Counted from the stretch's first letter, positions 47,403-59,011 are shown. The stretch: 64,000 bases of DNA from an uncultured Nitrososphaeraceae archaeon (GCA_963779615.1 CAVZZA010000003.1:160001-224000), one strand, 5' to 3'. Translations and numbers: made by a program. The notes: generated by a model not told the origin, from the sequence alone.

Positions 47403-48914
47403 ATGTGCCTATTGATTTCACGTTTGCAAAAAGTTCTCATAGCTAACAGGGGAGAAATTGTAATAAGAATAGCAAATACGTGCAAAAGACTAGGGTTTGT
47501 CCCCTGCGGAATATATTCTAATGCAGATAAAAACGCACTCCATGCAAAGCATTGTAAAGAGACAGTTGATATTGGCGGGGACCTTCCCCATGAAAATTAT
47601 CTTGATATGCACAAGATAGTTGATGCGGCAAAAAAAATGGATTGTAGTTTTATACACCCGGGGTATGGTTTTTTATCAGAAAAATCCGAATTTGCCCAAC
47701 TTTGTGCCGATGAGGGGTTTGTTTTTATTGGACCTTCCCCTAATGTCTTGGAACTTTCAGGAAATAAGGTGTTGGCAAAACAAGTAGCTTCGGCTTTTGC
47801 GCCAGTAGCGGAAGGAAAGGAAATATCCAATCTGGATGAGGCATTGGAGCTTGCGGATAGGATTGGATACCCCGTAATTTTAAAGGCAACAAAGGGAGGA
47901 GGAGGAAGAGGCCTTAGAACAATAAACACCCCCTCCGAGCTAAGAGACTCATTCAATACCTCCAAAAAAGAAGCAACAACAAGCTTTGGGTCCGACAGGG
48001 TCTATATTGAAAAATACATTGAAAATCCAAGACACATCGAAGTCCAAATACTTGCAGACAAATCACACATAATACACCTTGGGGAAAGAGAATGCTCCAT
48101 TCAAAGGCGCCATCAAAAGCTAATTGAGGAGACCCCATCTCCTGCTTTGACTGAGGAAACCAGGAGTGGGTTGACAAGGACGGCAACTGTGATTATGAAA
48201 GAAATCAAATACGATAACGCAGGGACAGTGGAATTTCTTTTCAAAGACGGAAAGTTTTACTTCATGGAAATTAATTCCAGAATTCAGGTCGAGCATCCAA
48301 TAACAGAAGCAGTTACTGGAATTGACATAGTTGAGCAGCAACTCAATATCGCCGCTGACAAAGGACTATCCTTAGGACAAGACGAGATAAAGAACAAGGG
48401 ACATGCGATTGAATGCAGAATAAATGCAGAAAATCCGTTAACATTTGCCCCCTATCCCGGGTTAGTCAAAAAGTTTCTTCCACCAAAGGATAATAGCATT
48501 AGAATAGATAGTTCTCTGTATTCGGGATATGCCGTACCCCCTTTTTATGACTCGTTATTAGCTAAAGTAATTTCCATTGGAGAAAGCAGAAAGGATTCCA
48601 TAGAAAGAATGAGGCATGCACTCCTAGCATTTAGAATTTCAGGAATTCCCTCTACCATACCATTTCACCTATCTGTCCTAAATGATAATCGATTTTTGGA
48701 TGCAGACTACAATACATCGTTTATTGATGGTCTAAGGTACTATTCGGATAGGGATTGTGAAATAGCGGCTGCAATATTTGTCCGTTTGCCTAAACGAATC
48801 CAATACCTTCTAAAAAAAGACGAGAAGGACCCTTGGCTTGAGAGTAGATGCAACTCCCATATCAATTTTGAGAGAACTTTTTATTTTAATAACATGATGA
48901 GATGGCTCAATTGA
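47403..48914 (+). CDS. accC: Biotin carboxylase subunit
   Basis: KVLIANRGEI, HPGYGFLSE, GGGGRG, ECSIQRRHQK, EINSRIQVEHP; start at 47403 or 47412 rather than 47232. Confidence 0.95.
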   Translation: MCLLISRLQKVLIANRGEIVIRIANTCKRLGFVPCGIYSNADKNALHAKHCKETVDIGGDLPHENYLDMHKIVDAAKKMDCSFIHPGYGFLSEKSEFAQLCADEGFVFIGPSPNVLELSGNKVLAKQVASAFAPVAEGKEISNLDEALELADRIGYPVILKATKGGGGRGLRTINTPSELRDSFNTSKKEATTSFGSDRVYIEKYIENPRHIEVQILADKSHIIHLGERECSIQRRHQKLIEETPSPALTEETRSGLTRTATVIMKEIKYDNAGTVEFLFKDGKFYFMEINSRIQVEHPITEAVTGIDIVEQQLNIAADKGLSLGQDEIKNKGHAIECRINAENPLTFAPYPGLVKKFLPPKDNSIRIDSSLYSGYAVPPFYDSLLAKVISIGESRKDSIERMRHALLAFRISGIPSTIPFHLSVLNDNRFLDADYNTSFIDGLRYYSDRDCEIAAAIFVRLPKRIQYLLKKDEKDPWLESRCNSHINFERTFYFNNMMRWLN

Positions 48915-49345
48915 AGATCAAGGTTAATGAAGCAGAATACGACATAGATATCTTTGGAGATAAAGCAATTATAGATGGCAGGGAGACAGCAATAGAAATA
49001 AAAGACGACAAGATCATCTTCGGGAATAAAGAATTCTGTCTTGACTTTTATGACGAACAGGAAGAAGAGTCATTATTAATTATAAACGGGTTGGCTTTCA
49101 TAGTGTCCAAAAAATCCCCGGACTATCAGACAGCTAAAGAAATAAAAGCCCCTATGAGCGGCCAAGTTTCTGAAATATTAATCCAAATCAATTCCAAAAT
49201 AGAAAAAGGACAGGGTCTTGTTGTTTTAGAAGCGATGAAAATGTTCAACGAGGTAAAGTCACCGGCAAAAGGAATCATAAAAGATGTCCTTGTGCAAAAA
49301 AACCAAGCAGTAAAGGCTGGAGAAATTATGTTAACTTTAAAGTAG
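48902..49345 (+). CDS. accB: Biotin carboxyl carrier protein
   Basis: APMSGQV and EAMKM biotinylation motif; overlaps accC. Confidence 0.93.
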   Translation: MAQLKIKVNEAEYDIDIFGDKAIIDGRETAIEIKDDKIIFGNKEFCLDFYDEQEEESLLIINGLAFIVSKKSPDYQTAKEIKAPMSGQVSEILIQINSKIEKGQGLVVLEAMKMFNEVKSPAKGIIKDVLVQKNQAVKAGEIMLTLK

Positions 49346-49624
49346 CAGTAACTTTATCATAATCACGCACAAGAAAACAACCATCAGATGCTTTTTGCAG
49401 TTTTCTTATCCTTCCTGACTGACTGGTAAAGCGTGTTTATGTATAATAGATCCCTTGCATAATGAGCAATGCCGGAAAAATATCCAAAACAATGCTGTTT
49501 ATTGACTGGAATTCAGACTTGATATTGTAAATACTATTTAAAAGTGCAAGAAATTTGCAGAGTTGTGGTCGCTCTCTAATTACGCAAGGGATCTAATGAT
49601 GCATCACTCACTCCTTTTGATAGC

Positions 49625-50539
49625 CTATGTTGTATAGACCCTGTAAAGCGAATTATTCTCATGGTCAATGTATTTCCATTGGTTTTCGTCAAAGTGCATT
49701 AAATGAAATCGTGTTTGTGTGGACGGGTGAAGGAGTTTGAACACATTGTTTCCAACGGATATTTTATTTGGCCCTGTTAAGGAAGTCATCTTTGCTGCTA
49801 CATTCATAGGATACCCAATCAAATCAATCGGCGCGCTTTTGTCAAATCCATATTGGATGGCAACATTTTCTCCTTCGTCTATGCCTATTTTGACAGCCAG
49901 TTTGGGATAACCGTCTTTTTCAAAAATAGGGTTTATGCCATTTTCTATCACATCAATCATGGATTCCGCACACCGAAATGATTTGTCGCATGCAAGATAC
50001 TTGTTAAAACCGATATGAAAAAATGCAATGACTGCATCACCAACATATTTCAAAACAAGCCCTTCATAACTTTCGACAACTGAAGATATCTCATGTGAAA
50101 ATGCTTTTATTATTTTAGCCATCTTTTCTACAGGTAAATTCATGCTCATCCTTGTGGACCCTACCAAATCTGCATACATCACAATAAGGGAAAGTTTTGA
50201 GTCAACGTGGTTAAGCAGGAAATTTTGTCCTCTTTTTATGGATGTGTTGTATTTATAGCGTTCATGCAAAACACTCCAAATTCTATCTTGCCTTTGTGTG
50301 AGTAGAGTTTGCAAGTCAAAAATTTCCCTATTTTCCTTATGGGAGCTGCTTCTGCTGACATGTTCAATATTGCCATACGTGCTGTTATCCCCATCCATCA
50401 TCTTATCCACTATTGTTTCCTTGATACCATTATCCCGATCGTTATCTTCGTTTGCAAGGCTTGCTGCCTTTACTTTGGCGTTTCTTCTGCCAAGCATAAT
50501 CTCCTCATTCGGATTTTCATTTTCTACATCCCCATCCAT
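49625..50539 (-). CDS. Class III adenylate/guanylate cyclase-domain protein
   Basis: YADLVGST, LKYVGDAV, KIGIDEG, DLIGYPMNVAAKM. Confidence 0.88.
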   Translation of the reverse strand: MDGDVENENPNEEIMLGRRNAKVKAASLANEDNDRDNGIKETIVDKMMDGDNSTYGNIEHVSRSSSHKENREIFDLQTLLTQRQDRIWSVLHERYKYNTSIKRGQNFLLNHVDSKLSLIVMYADLVGSTRMSMNLPVEKMAKIIKAFSHEISSVVESYEGLVLKYVGDAVIAFFHIGFNKYLACDKSFRCAESMIDVIENGINPIFEKDGYPKLAVKIGIDEGENVAIQYGFDKSAPIDLIGYPMNVAAKMTSLTGPNKISVGNNVFKLLHPSTQTRFHLMHFDENQWKYIDHENNSLYRVYTT

Positions 50540-50976
50540 AAAAAGACTAGATTAAAAATATGTACTTAATGGTTTTTTGTATTTAGGTTTGAATAACATT
50601 CCTGTCTCCTTAACACTGAACATATGGACTGGAGAAGATACATTTCCATGGTGCTGTCCAAAATAAGCAGCATAAAAACTTCCAAATATAAACATGCATT
50701 ATGCATCCAGTATAGAAGCATTTTCCAGTGTCTTTCCTAAGGAAAGACATCCCGACAATTGTCCTGCTTTGCAAAACGCAATCATCCACCCATTATGTAT
50801 TTAACATGTTTCTTGGCACAACCTTAAATCATCTGATCAGGAACCAAAAACGTCATGAATTTATTCTCAGGATCCCAACACTGCAGAAGTTAGCACAAAT
50901 TTTCAAAAGTCTTGCTTGACAGACGCATATTGAAAACACTAAAAAGGACAACCTTTTTGCTTTAGTCATACCTACT

Positions 50977-51597
50977 ATGCCCCCTAACGTGTTTACCCCC
51001 AGAATCAAGTTAGAGTATGTAATATCATTTAGTGACGCAGTATTTGCATTTGCAATAACATTTATGGCTTTAACAATCGATATTCCAGAACTTACGCCGA
51101 ACCTGACGCAATCCCAACTCACCCAAAGATTAATTGACATGTATCCGCAGGTTGAAAGCTATTTTCTTAGCTTTTTTGTTATTGCCATATTTTGGTTATC
51201 CTACCATCATGTCTTTAACCACATTAAAGACTCTCACATCTCCATGGTCTACCTGAACTTGTTGTTTCTTTTTTTAATTACTCTTTTGTCGATATCAACA
51301 TCTTTGGTCATAACTTTTAACTCCTATCAAATATCCTATTTGATTTATTCATCTGTCGTAATAGTCGCCAGCTTATTGCTTGTCATAATTTGGCGGTATG
51401 CCACAAGCAAATTCAAATTGGTGGACGATAACCTAAACCCTTTATTTATCAAAGGGGTGCTGATACACCTCCTCATTATTCCTTTAGTTTTTTTTGTTTC
51501 CATGTTAATATCGTTTATAAATTTGGATATTGCGCAATACTTTTGGTTGGTGATAGCTCCCCTAAATATATACACAAGACACCGGTTCAAACACTAG
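50977..51597 (+). CDS. TMEM175 (DUF1211) potassium channel family
   Basis: FSDAVFAFAIT, SYFLSFFVIAIFWLSYH, LNLLFL; about 6 TM segments. Confidence 0.9.
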   Translation: MPPNVFTPRIKLEYVISFSDAVFAFAITFMALTIDIPELTPNLTQSQLTQRLIDMYPQVESYFLSFFVIAIFWLSYHHVFNHIKDSHISMVYLNLLFLFLITLLSISTSLVITFNSYQISYLIYSSVVIVASLLLVIIWRYATSKFKLVDDNLNPLFIKGVLIHLLIIPLVFFVSMLISFINLDIAQYFWLVIAPLNIYTRHRFKH

Positions 51598-51853
51598 TAA
51601 TTCGGGTTGTTCTGAGCATCCATGGCCTTCAGTAAAGCGTCAATTTTGCAATTTATTAATCGGGTCAAAAAAAAGACCAGGAAAGAGGAAAGAATCTCGA
51701 AATTTTAGCGCCACTCGCCTTTACACCACATGGCGATGCGAGAATACATATTATACGGATGGATGGGCCAATCCAACATCACGGTTATTTTTTTAACATC
51801 ATTGTTCAGTAAGAGCAGAAAGATGTGACATATAAAAACAATCATAGGGAATA

Positions 51854-52276
51854 ATGCTTATGAGCCAAAAAGAAAATAATTTGGACAATCCCTCAATAAG
51901 AAGCCTTTTTGAGAACAAGAATTTTGCTTTTGTAGCGACATCCATGAAAGATGGATCTCCCCAAATAACTCCCACCTGGGTGGATATAGAGGGCAGCCTC
52001 ATCCTCATTAACACCGCATTGGGAAGATTAAAGCAAAAGAACCTAAGAAGGGATCCAAGGATTGCAGTGGCAGTGGCAGACAATAACAATCCTTATGAAA
52101 TGGTTACAGTTAGGGGGGAAGTAGTTGAACATGTCACTGGCGAGGCCGCTGAGACCCATATAGACAAGTTGGCGAAAAAATATATCGATAAAGACAAATA
52201 TCCCGGAAGAGCCCCAGGCGAAAAAAGAGTTTTGTTAAAGATAAAGCCCATAAAAATATTCCATATGAAACAGTAA
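51854..52276 (+). CDS. PPOX-class F420-dependent oxidoreductase
   Basis: ATSMKDGSPQITPTW, NTALGRLKQKNLRRDPRIAV, IDKLAKKY. Confidence 0.9.
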   Translation: MLMSQKENNLDNPSIRSLFENKNFAFVATSMKDGSPQITPTWVDIEGSLILINTALGRLKQKNLRRDPRIAVAVADNNNPYEMVTVRGEVVEHVTGEAAETHIDKLAKKYIDKDKYPGRAPGEKRVLLKIKPIKIFHMKQ

Positions 52277-52598
52277 CAAACCCATCAATAGAACAAGTGT
52301 CCCCGCTTTTGATGTGATGAAAAGGGGTTTGAAGTGTTAGCAATGACATGGAAACAGTAACAAAAATCAGCATGTTCCACAACTTCCGACCATATTAATG
52401 CCTGTTGCATAAACCTTGACGAAACAGAATCGAGAATACAATCCATTTCAAAAATAGGAAAAAAAAGAAAACAAATGGTTTTAGTGGAAACAGAGAGCGG
52501 ATCACCAAAACATTAAAATCTAAAATCTTGACGAAAATCCAAAATCATGTTTTCCTAAAGAGAAGGAAAAAATAAAAGTTTAACAAAAAAAGAATGAA

Positions 52599-53852
52599 AT
52601 GTCAAAAGGTTTGGTAAAAAACAATCATATAATAAAACCGTTTATCATATCTGCGATAATTTTCATTTTTGTTGGGTCATTCATTGGGTCCATGTGGTTT
52701 GCGTCTATTTTAAGGGTAAACATTCCCTTATTTGACGGATCCATCTTTAACCTACATCGCATGTTTCAGGTAGAAAGCGGCCTCACTCTTTTAATCATGG
52801 GGATAGGGTTTATAATTGTACCCCGCTTTAGGAATGTTCCTATGGGCTCACCCACAATGATTAAAATTTCTTTTCTGTCAATCATTGTTTCTGCCTTTTT
52901 GTCAATTGTTTCCGCAATCAATATGCATGAACCTACAATGAATGAAAAAATCCTATTCATCTCCGAGCTCTTTAGGATTTTTGGAATATTGCTGTTTGTG
53001 GGAAAAATAATTGATACGCTAAAAGTCAAACCAAAACTATTGAGGACTGCGGATTATTTCATAGGATTTTCTTCCATATGTTTATTGACAGTATCAATCT
53101 TAAATGTATTCAAACCAAATGACAATTCATTAACGGACATAGAAATTCAGCTATTGTTTCCCCTCATAATGATATTTGGAATAGAATATAAAACATTGCC
53201 TTCATTTTTGGGATTTATCAGGCCCAGGAACAAACTGGGCGTATTGTCCTTATTGTTTCTAATTGCCGCTTTCATTTTGGGGATTGCTACAAGGCTCCGC
53301 ATCAACGATGATGCACTGTTGCCGATTTTATTTAACCTGTTTTTGATATTTTCATCAATAACCTTCAGTGTTTCTATTTACCTGTACAGCAATTACGAGT
53401 ACAAAAAATACATTCTCCGGTCTCCGACAGACAAAAGGGAACGATATCTTTACACCCTATATCACACAAGAATTTCCTTTTGTTTTTTATGTCTGGGGGC
53501 CTTTTTGGGAATTCTGTATCACATGTTTGACAAAAAGTTTATTTTTTATGACCTGTCCATTCATTTTACCGCAATAGGGTTTATAGGAATCACCATCGCC
53601 TCATACCTTCCAATGATGCTTGCGCCGATTTTGGGGAAACCGATTGTTTTAAAAAAATTTAACAGAATACCATTGATTATTATAACAACATCATTATTGA
53701 TAAGAACCACAGGAATGGCATACATATCCTATTTTGATAGCAATGGCTTTTCCTTATTGCATGCATTGACAGGCATATCTGGCTTTTTGATTCCAATGGC
53801 CATAATAGTTTTCATCGTGGCATTGTACAAATCAATCAAACTAAACAAGTAA
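52599..53852 (+). CDS. Polytopic membrane protein, NnrS-like pattern
   Basis: About 12 TM segments; LH..Q..G..L.IMG....VPRF and D..IH...IGFI...I repeats. Confidence 0.65.
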   Translation: MSKGLVKNNHIIKPFIISAIIFIFVGSFIGSMWFASILRVNIPLFDGSIFNLHRMFQVESGLTLLIMGIGFIIVPRFRNVPMGSPTMIKISFLSIIVSAFLSIVSAINMHEPTMNEKILFISELFRIFGILLFVGKIIDTLKVKPKLLRTADYFIGFSSICLLTVSILNVFKPNDNSLTDIEIQLLFPLIMIFGIEYKTLPSFLGFIRPRNKLGVLSLLFLIAAFILGIATRLRINDDALLPILFNLFLIFSSITFSVSIYLYSNYEYKKYILRSPTDKRERYLYTLYHTRISFCFLCLGAFLGILYHMFDKKFIFYDLSIHFTAIGFIGITIASYLPMMLAPILGKPIVLKKFNRIPLIIITTSLLIRTTGMAYISYFDSNGFSLLHALTGISGFLIPMAIIVFIVALYKSIKLNK

Positions 53853-54657
53853 GCATGAAAAAAACGGTATCATTTTCAAGGGGCCATAAGTACAAATGGT
53901 ACCTAATTAGGAAATGCCATAGCACTGCAACCGGTTCGGTGGTCAAGGAAGCGGTGACTGCCATTCTCATGCATTCTCTAAACGGCAACTCCACCGTTGT
54001 AGGGGTATTAAATGGCGGCACTGATTTCAACGTTTTAAATAAAGAACCTCAGTCATTTAGTGTCACAGAAACCACAATGACATCCGCAGCAGCAACAGCC
54101 GGGGACCTCAAACGTGTTGTTTGTGCAGACAGCAATGGACAAAAACTGGCAGATTCTGATGCAAGCAAAAGTAAAACTCAAGTCTTTTGCAAATCCGAGT
54201 AGTTTCAAGAATGCCATAAATGGAGGGACCGGATTAACGACAAGTAACATAGACAATGAAAATACGGTAGTAACATACCGGCCAACCAATGCATTACCTA
54301 ACACTATATGCTGTTCCTTTTGATCCAGCCACAAGTACCAACATTTCTTTCTTTGATTGACTATAATCCTTTTTTGCATGTAAGGCGAAAGGCAAACCGA
54401 AAAAATAAATAAATCGCAAAAAACAAATGTCTTGCACTTATCATTTCTCTTAATCTTCCGCCTATCAATTCTGGCTCCATGTAAAAATATATGGAAAATG
54501 ACATCATTGTCGCATGCCTAGATAATTGTAGTTATTATGTCCCATTGAGATCCATTCCTTTTTGTAGGTTACAATAACAAAAAAAGGTCCTTAAGCGGAC
54601 AAAGCCAGTTACAAACATGCAGCAATGCGCCAAATAATTGAGTTTTTCTAAAAGCAC

Positions 54658-55134
54658 CTAGTCTAAACCTGCTTTTTCTTTACCCGATGCTATTAGCCTA
54701 TAGTGCTTTAACATCCCTATATCTAATCCCAGCATAAATCCTTTACCTGCCAGTAACATGAAATCAAAAAATATTGCGGTAATGGCAATAACCGATAAAG
54801 TGGCATATATCGGTGAAACTATGCCCGCCAATTTGATGTTTAACATATCGGAAATATTAGGGAGAAAGGAAGTAACTATAATTAATACTGCAATTCGACC
54901 TACAGCGGCTACTGCATAATATGTAAAGGCATTCCATCCAAGACCAACAAATATCTCCCCTTCTTTGTTTTTCCAAAACTTTAAAGTTTTATCTGAATAC
55001 CTTATGGAGAAAAATAGAAAAACACTAAAGGTTATCAGGTAGGGAACAACAAAATAATAAGGGATTCCCACAATAGAGAATGAACTTGAGATTAGCACAA
55101 TCGTAAGAATAGATTGTATTAGAGTTCTGGCCAA
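54658..55134 (-). CDS. Membrane protein (DUF1453-like?), possibly 5'-truncated
   Basis: Hydrophobic ORF with LKFWKNKEGEIF..GW...Y....GRI; upstream hydrophobic sequence is broken by stops. Confidence 0.45.
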   Translation of the reverse strand: MARTLIQSILTIVLISSSFSIVGIPYYFVVPYLITFSVFLFFSIRYSDKTLKFWKNKEGEIFVGLGWNAFTYYAVAAVGRIAVLIIVTSFLPNISDMLNIKLAGIVSPIYATLSVIAITAIFFDFMLLAGKGFMLGLDIGMLKHYRLIASGKEKAGLD

Positions 55135-56475
55135 AATTTTTCTCTTGTTGATAGGTTTTAAATTGCGAATAAATTTAAAAAATATTTTCCATCACCTTAT
55201 TGTCATCATTACTAATATCATTAATATTATTATGGCATATTTCAATCCGGAAGATAAAACAACTGCAAGATTGAAATCTGCTGCTGCGGATTTTATGTCG
55301 AAACATTTTTCTTTCACTATCCATTGCTTTAAGGTTTACAGTATAGGGTGTTGTCTCTAAATGAGGTTCATTTTTGTTGGTCATTTAGATGAACTATCAT
55401 AAAATAATGAGATTACGTCAAATATGGTTATAGAGAAAACAAACTTGATCCCTATTTTATATTCAAATTTTTCTTGGTCCCAAAGGGTTTTAAGATTTGC
55501 AGTTAATTGGGTTTATTGATTCATAATATCGGTATGACTTGTTTGATTATTAAATGCAGATATTAGCCAAAGATACCTTTTGATAAAAATAATCTGAAAC
55601 TCCCAAAGATGCTCAGTATAGTTTTCGCTATGCATTACAATAGTGGGAAAAAATAATCACATTTCTGCTACGGGTATCCATAAAGTGGTGGTGTAGAATC
55701 AGTAGTCACACCCATTAACATATTAATGAGGTGGTTGCAATTTATAAGGGGTTTATTAGATTTGTTGGTCGGTACAGTTGAAGGGCCGCCCAACAACAAC
55801 TATACAGTAATCTAGTAAACCCCATAACAATACACTAGGTTGATATATGGCAGCAAGACAAAACGTTTTACTTTGTTGTATTGTCATTGTTCTTCCCCAT
55901 ATGTCTTATAATCGCACCATGCCTGTTTGGTATCACAACCCATGGCCGAACATCAGACCATCCCCACTTGCCGTATCTTGAAATTCTATAGCAAATGCTG
56001 TTTATATCCCATTTAGCACTTGCTGCCTATCGGTCCCAACAAAATACAGATATGGGACTTAAATCATCAGGCGCGGGGAAAAAATGCAAAAATAACGTTG
56101 CTGTCGGTGAATACAATAATTGCAACCCATGTTGTTTTGAAAACAATGGTACCAGTACTGGAACAAAATCTGACATCATCCAAGAGAATTGGGATTGCCT
56201 GGCTTGGGTGTAGCAGTGATAACTACAATCAAGCATCTGCAGTAACATCCGGTAAGGGTTTTGGCGGAGTTAGTGACATAAGATTAAACCAACAGATGAC
56301 TCTCCATATGTTTCATCAATCTATGACGAGCGTATGCATAGGAATGTACCATCCACCAGATGATTGTGTCCCATTACCCAGTATCAACCTTTTTCTTGCG
56401 GAATTCTTTGTTGCAAATCCCTTGTGCTTTATCTCCTATCCATTGCAACTATTGTTGCTGCACATATTCTTATCA

Positions 56476-56615
56476 TAAATGGGCTCAACCACTTTTGAGC
56501 TTTGACTGAGGGGATTATAGAAGACATGTAATTGGGTTAAATCACAGTATAATTTGGTTTCAGTTTACTTTAGCTTTGGATACAAATCATTTCATTGTGT
56601 GGGCCAAAAGGGTAA
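56476..56615 (+). repeat. ~125-nt intergenic element family, copy C
   Basis: TAAATGGGCTCAACCACTTTTGAGCTTTGA..GAGGGG...GTAATTGGGTTAAA...TTTCAGTTTACTTTAGCTTTG...TGTGGGCCAAAAGGG. Confidence 0.7.
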
Positions 56616-57001
56616 AGCTGTTGATTGTCCTCAATTCAGATTCATACTAACGACAAATCGACCATAAGGTGATGATTTTATAATTGTGCAAAAAAGCGCA
56701 TCAATCTAAATCTCCCCAGCCATACAGTCATGTCAATCAGAAACAAAGTATATCCTAGCTAGTCAGATCGTAATAACAACCATAAGAGCACTTTACGAAC
56801 ATCGTGATCTAACCCTTGATCCTTCGGTACATCACAGGCTCAAGATAGTTTTGGAAAAAAATTTATGTTTTCCCAAGACATCGATACTCCGAAGGTAATA
56901 TCAGGTATTTTCAGGGTTCATGACAAAAAACAATTCAATTAGGTTATTTTGCTAGTTATGCAATGGAATTCTTTTAATAGAATTGTCATAATATATCTAA
57001 T

Positions 57002-57652
57002 TTGGATAATAGTAATCTGTATGTTAATGTAATAAAGTTTCAAGAGCAACTTGCAAAAAAAATTATCATGAGGGATGATTTTGACCGAGAAATTGAATTT
57101 GTTTGTGGAGTGGATGTGTCTTACAAAAAGGAAATTGCACATTGCTCAGCGGCAATAGTCAAAAAAAATACTTTGGAAATAGCAGAAGTAGTCAGTGACA
57201 CAAGTAAAATAAAGTACCCATATATTCCGAGATTATTTATGTTAAGAGAATCAAATCCAATACTGCAAACTTTAAAACTGCTTAAGAATCCTTTTCAACT
57301 TTTACTTATTGATGGGCATGGAATACTTCATCCCAGAAGATGTGGCTTAGCATGCCATATTGGTGTAATCACAAATAATCCCACTATTGGAGTTGCAAAA
57401 AGTCTGTTATGCGGAATTGTCCAGTCGGATGGTTTTGTGAAACACAATGATGATGTCCTTGGATATGCCATAAAAAGAGAGGGCAACCAAAAGAAAATGA
57501 TTTATGTGAGTCCCGGTCATAAGATAAGTCTACTTACATCAGTACGACTGGTTAAATCATTAACAAAGATAGGGGAGTTGATTCCGGAACCTATTAGAGT
57601 TGCAGATATCGCATCCAAAGACCATGACAACAAAGAACATATTTTGTTTTAA
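57002..57652 (+). CDS. nfi: Endonuclease V
   Basis: CGVDVSY, PYIP.LF.LRE, IDGHGILHPRRCGLACH, GVAKS, YVSPGH, PEPIRVAD. Confidence 0.93.
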   Translation: MDNSNLYVNVIKFQEQLAKKIIMRDDFDREIEFVCGVDVSYKKEIAHCSAAIVKKNTLEIAEVVSDTSKIKYPYIPRLFMLRESNPILQTLKLLKNPFQLLLIDGHGILHPRRCGLACHIGVITNNPTIGVAKSLLCGIVQSDGFVKHNDDVLGYAIKREGNQKKMIYVSPGHKISLLTSVRLVKSLTKIGELIPEPIRVADIASKDHDNKEHILF

Positions 57653-58477
57653 GTAGTTTGTGATGTCCGATACCCTGTTGTATTTTATTAGTCTGTTTCT
57701 AAACATGTCTGCAAGAATCCTGCATTTCTTTATCTTGCAGATAGTACGCTCTATCACTATCCTTCTTTTAGAATGGCTTTTGTTGTGATCTTTTTCCTGA
57801 GACAATTCTGTGTTTCGTTTCTTTTTGTTTGGCATGGATGACTTTTGTTCTGGAAAGTCTCTCCCCCTCCACAGGCATCCAAGCTCAAACATGCTGACAG
57901 ATTGCTCTGGGGTTACAGGGTGACTTTTTGTATGGATGTCATAATCATGCCTTTTTCCTTTCTTGTGTTTTGCTTTATGAATGATGACACCCTAGTTGTT
58001 AACCATGAGCTGTGTCTTTACGACATGCCTTTTCCTCCTGCCCGAATGGTGCATCTTCTTTCTTCTTTTGTTTTCAGGCCTTGGTATCTGCTGTTTTGAG
58101 CAATCTAGGAAGCAAAGAAACCCTGGCAAGTACTTTCCAAATTCTTCTGGTGTGGACAGCCTTTTGGTTGTTTTGTGCATCTTTTGCGGAATTGGTACGC
58201 ACTTTGTTACCAACGACTCAATTTTTTGGAAATCCCTGCAGATGTTGCTCTGGTCCAAGGCAAACAAAAAGCCAGCCAAAGTGTAGGTTATGCAAAGGCG
58301 GCAATATTGAAAACGATAACAATAGGAAAAACACTTTTTATTGTTGTTCCATTGGATATCAATACAAAACAAAGAGCTTGTTAAAAGGATCACTTCTTTA
58401 TAGTTGTACTTTACTGGCGAGCCACCTAATTAAAGATAGAATAAAAAAAGAAATCTAACGCACATGCAACAAACTCA
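57653..58477 (-). mobile_element. Degraded IS5-superfamily (DDE_Tnp_4 / ISL2-like) element
   Basis: LDQSNICRD (HTH), FLDCSKQQIPRP..SGRRKRHVVKTQ, KRHDY, NKSHSKRRIVIERTICKIKK with stops and frameshifts; TIR-like CATGCAACAAA at 58463. Confidence 0.85.
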
Positions 58478-58546
58478 GTTTGTTTACGCCATTGTAAAAA
58501 AAGATAAGGTCTTGACTCTGTTTATCCAACTTGCGACTAGTCGCAT

Positions 58547-59011
58547 TTAATTAGTCCCATTATTGATCAGGTTCTGGCTGCTGTCCAGGTTCTGGCTGCT
58601 GTCCAGGTTCTGGCTGCTGTTCGAGTTCATGCCATTTATCAAGTTCTCGCTGATCAGGCTTTCGCTGCTGTCCAAGTTTTCGCTGCTGTTCAGGTTCTGG
58701 CTGCTGTTCGAGTTCATGCCATTTATCAAGTTCTCGCTGAGCGAACTTCCATCCCCATTTGTCGCGTCAAGTGTATTTTCAAAATCACGGCTTAAAGAGC
58801 TAAAAACACTCTCCTCCTGATTTGTTGATCCGTATGACACATTTGAAAGAACAAATGACAAAGGGTTTAAAAATAAATTAAAAGAGATAAAATAGCATAA
58901 GGTCAAAGTTAAAGTAAGCGTTAAAGAGTTGCCACAGGTCATCAAATATAGATAAAGGTTTAAATCTATTAAAGATATGGTAATGAAACTTTCTTTATAG
59001 TTAGTATACAA
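58547..59011 (-). CDS. Low-complexity Ser/Asn-rich protein with SSQNLD repeats, possibly exported
   Basis: Hydrophobic N-terminal part and a repeat-built C-terminus; start uncertain. Confidence 0.45.
   Translation of the reverse strand: MYTNYKESFITISLIDLNLYLYLMTCGNSLTLTLTLTLCYFISFNLFLNPLSFVLSNVSYGSTNQEESVFSSLSRDFENTLDATNGDGSSLSENLINGMNSNSSQNLNSSENLDSSESLISENLINGMNSNSSQNLDSSQNLDSSQNLINNGTN
58568..58740. repeat. Nested 18-bp tandem repeats and a 50-bp duplication
   Basis: CAGGTTCTGGCTGCTGTC units; 58604-58653 is identical to 58691-58740 (offset 87). Confidence 0.9.

Noticed and set aside
53855-54323. Two overlapping ORFs, possibly one broken secreted protein
   Set aside because: No identifiable motif or reliable start.
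55650-56478. Coding-like sequence and ORF 56020-56478
   Set aside because: No recognisable family in any frame; probably a degraded gene but cannot be supported.
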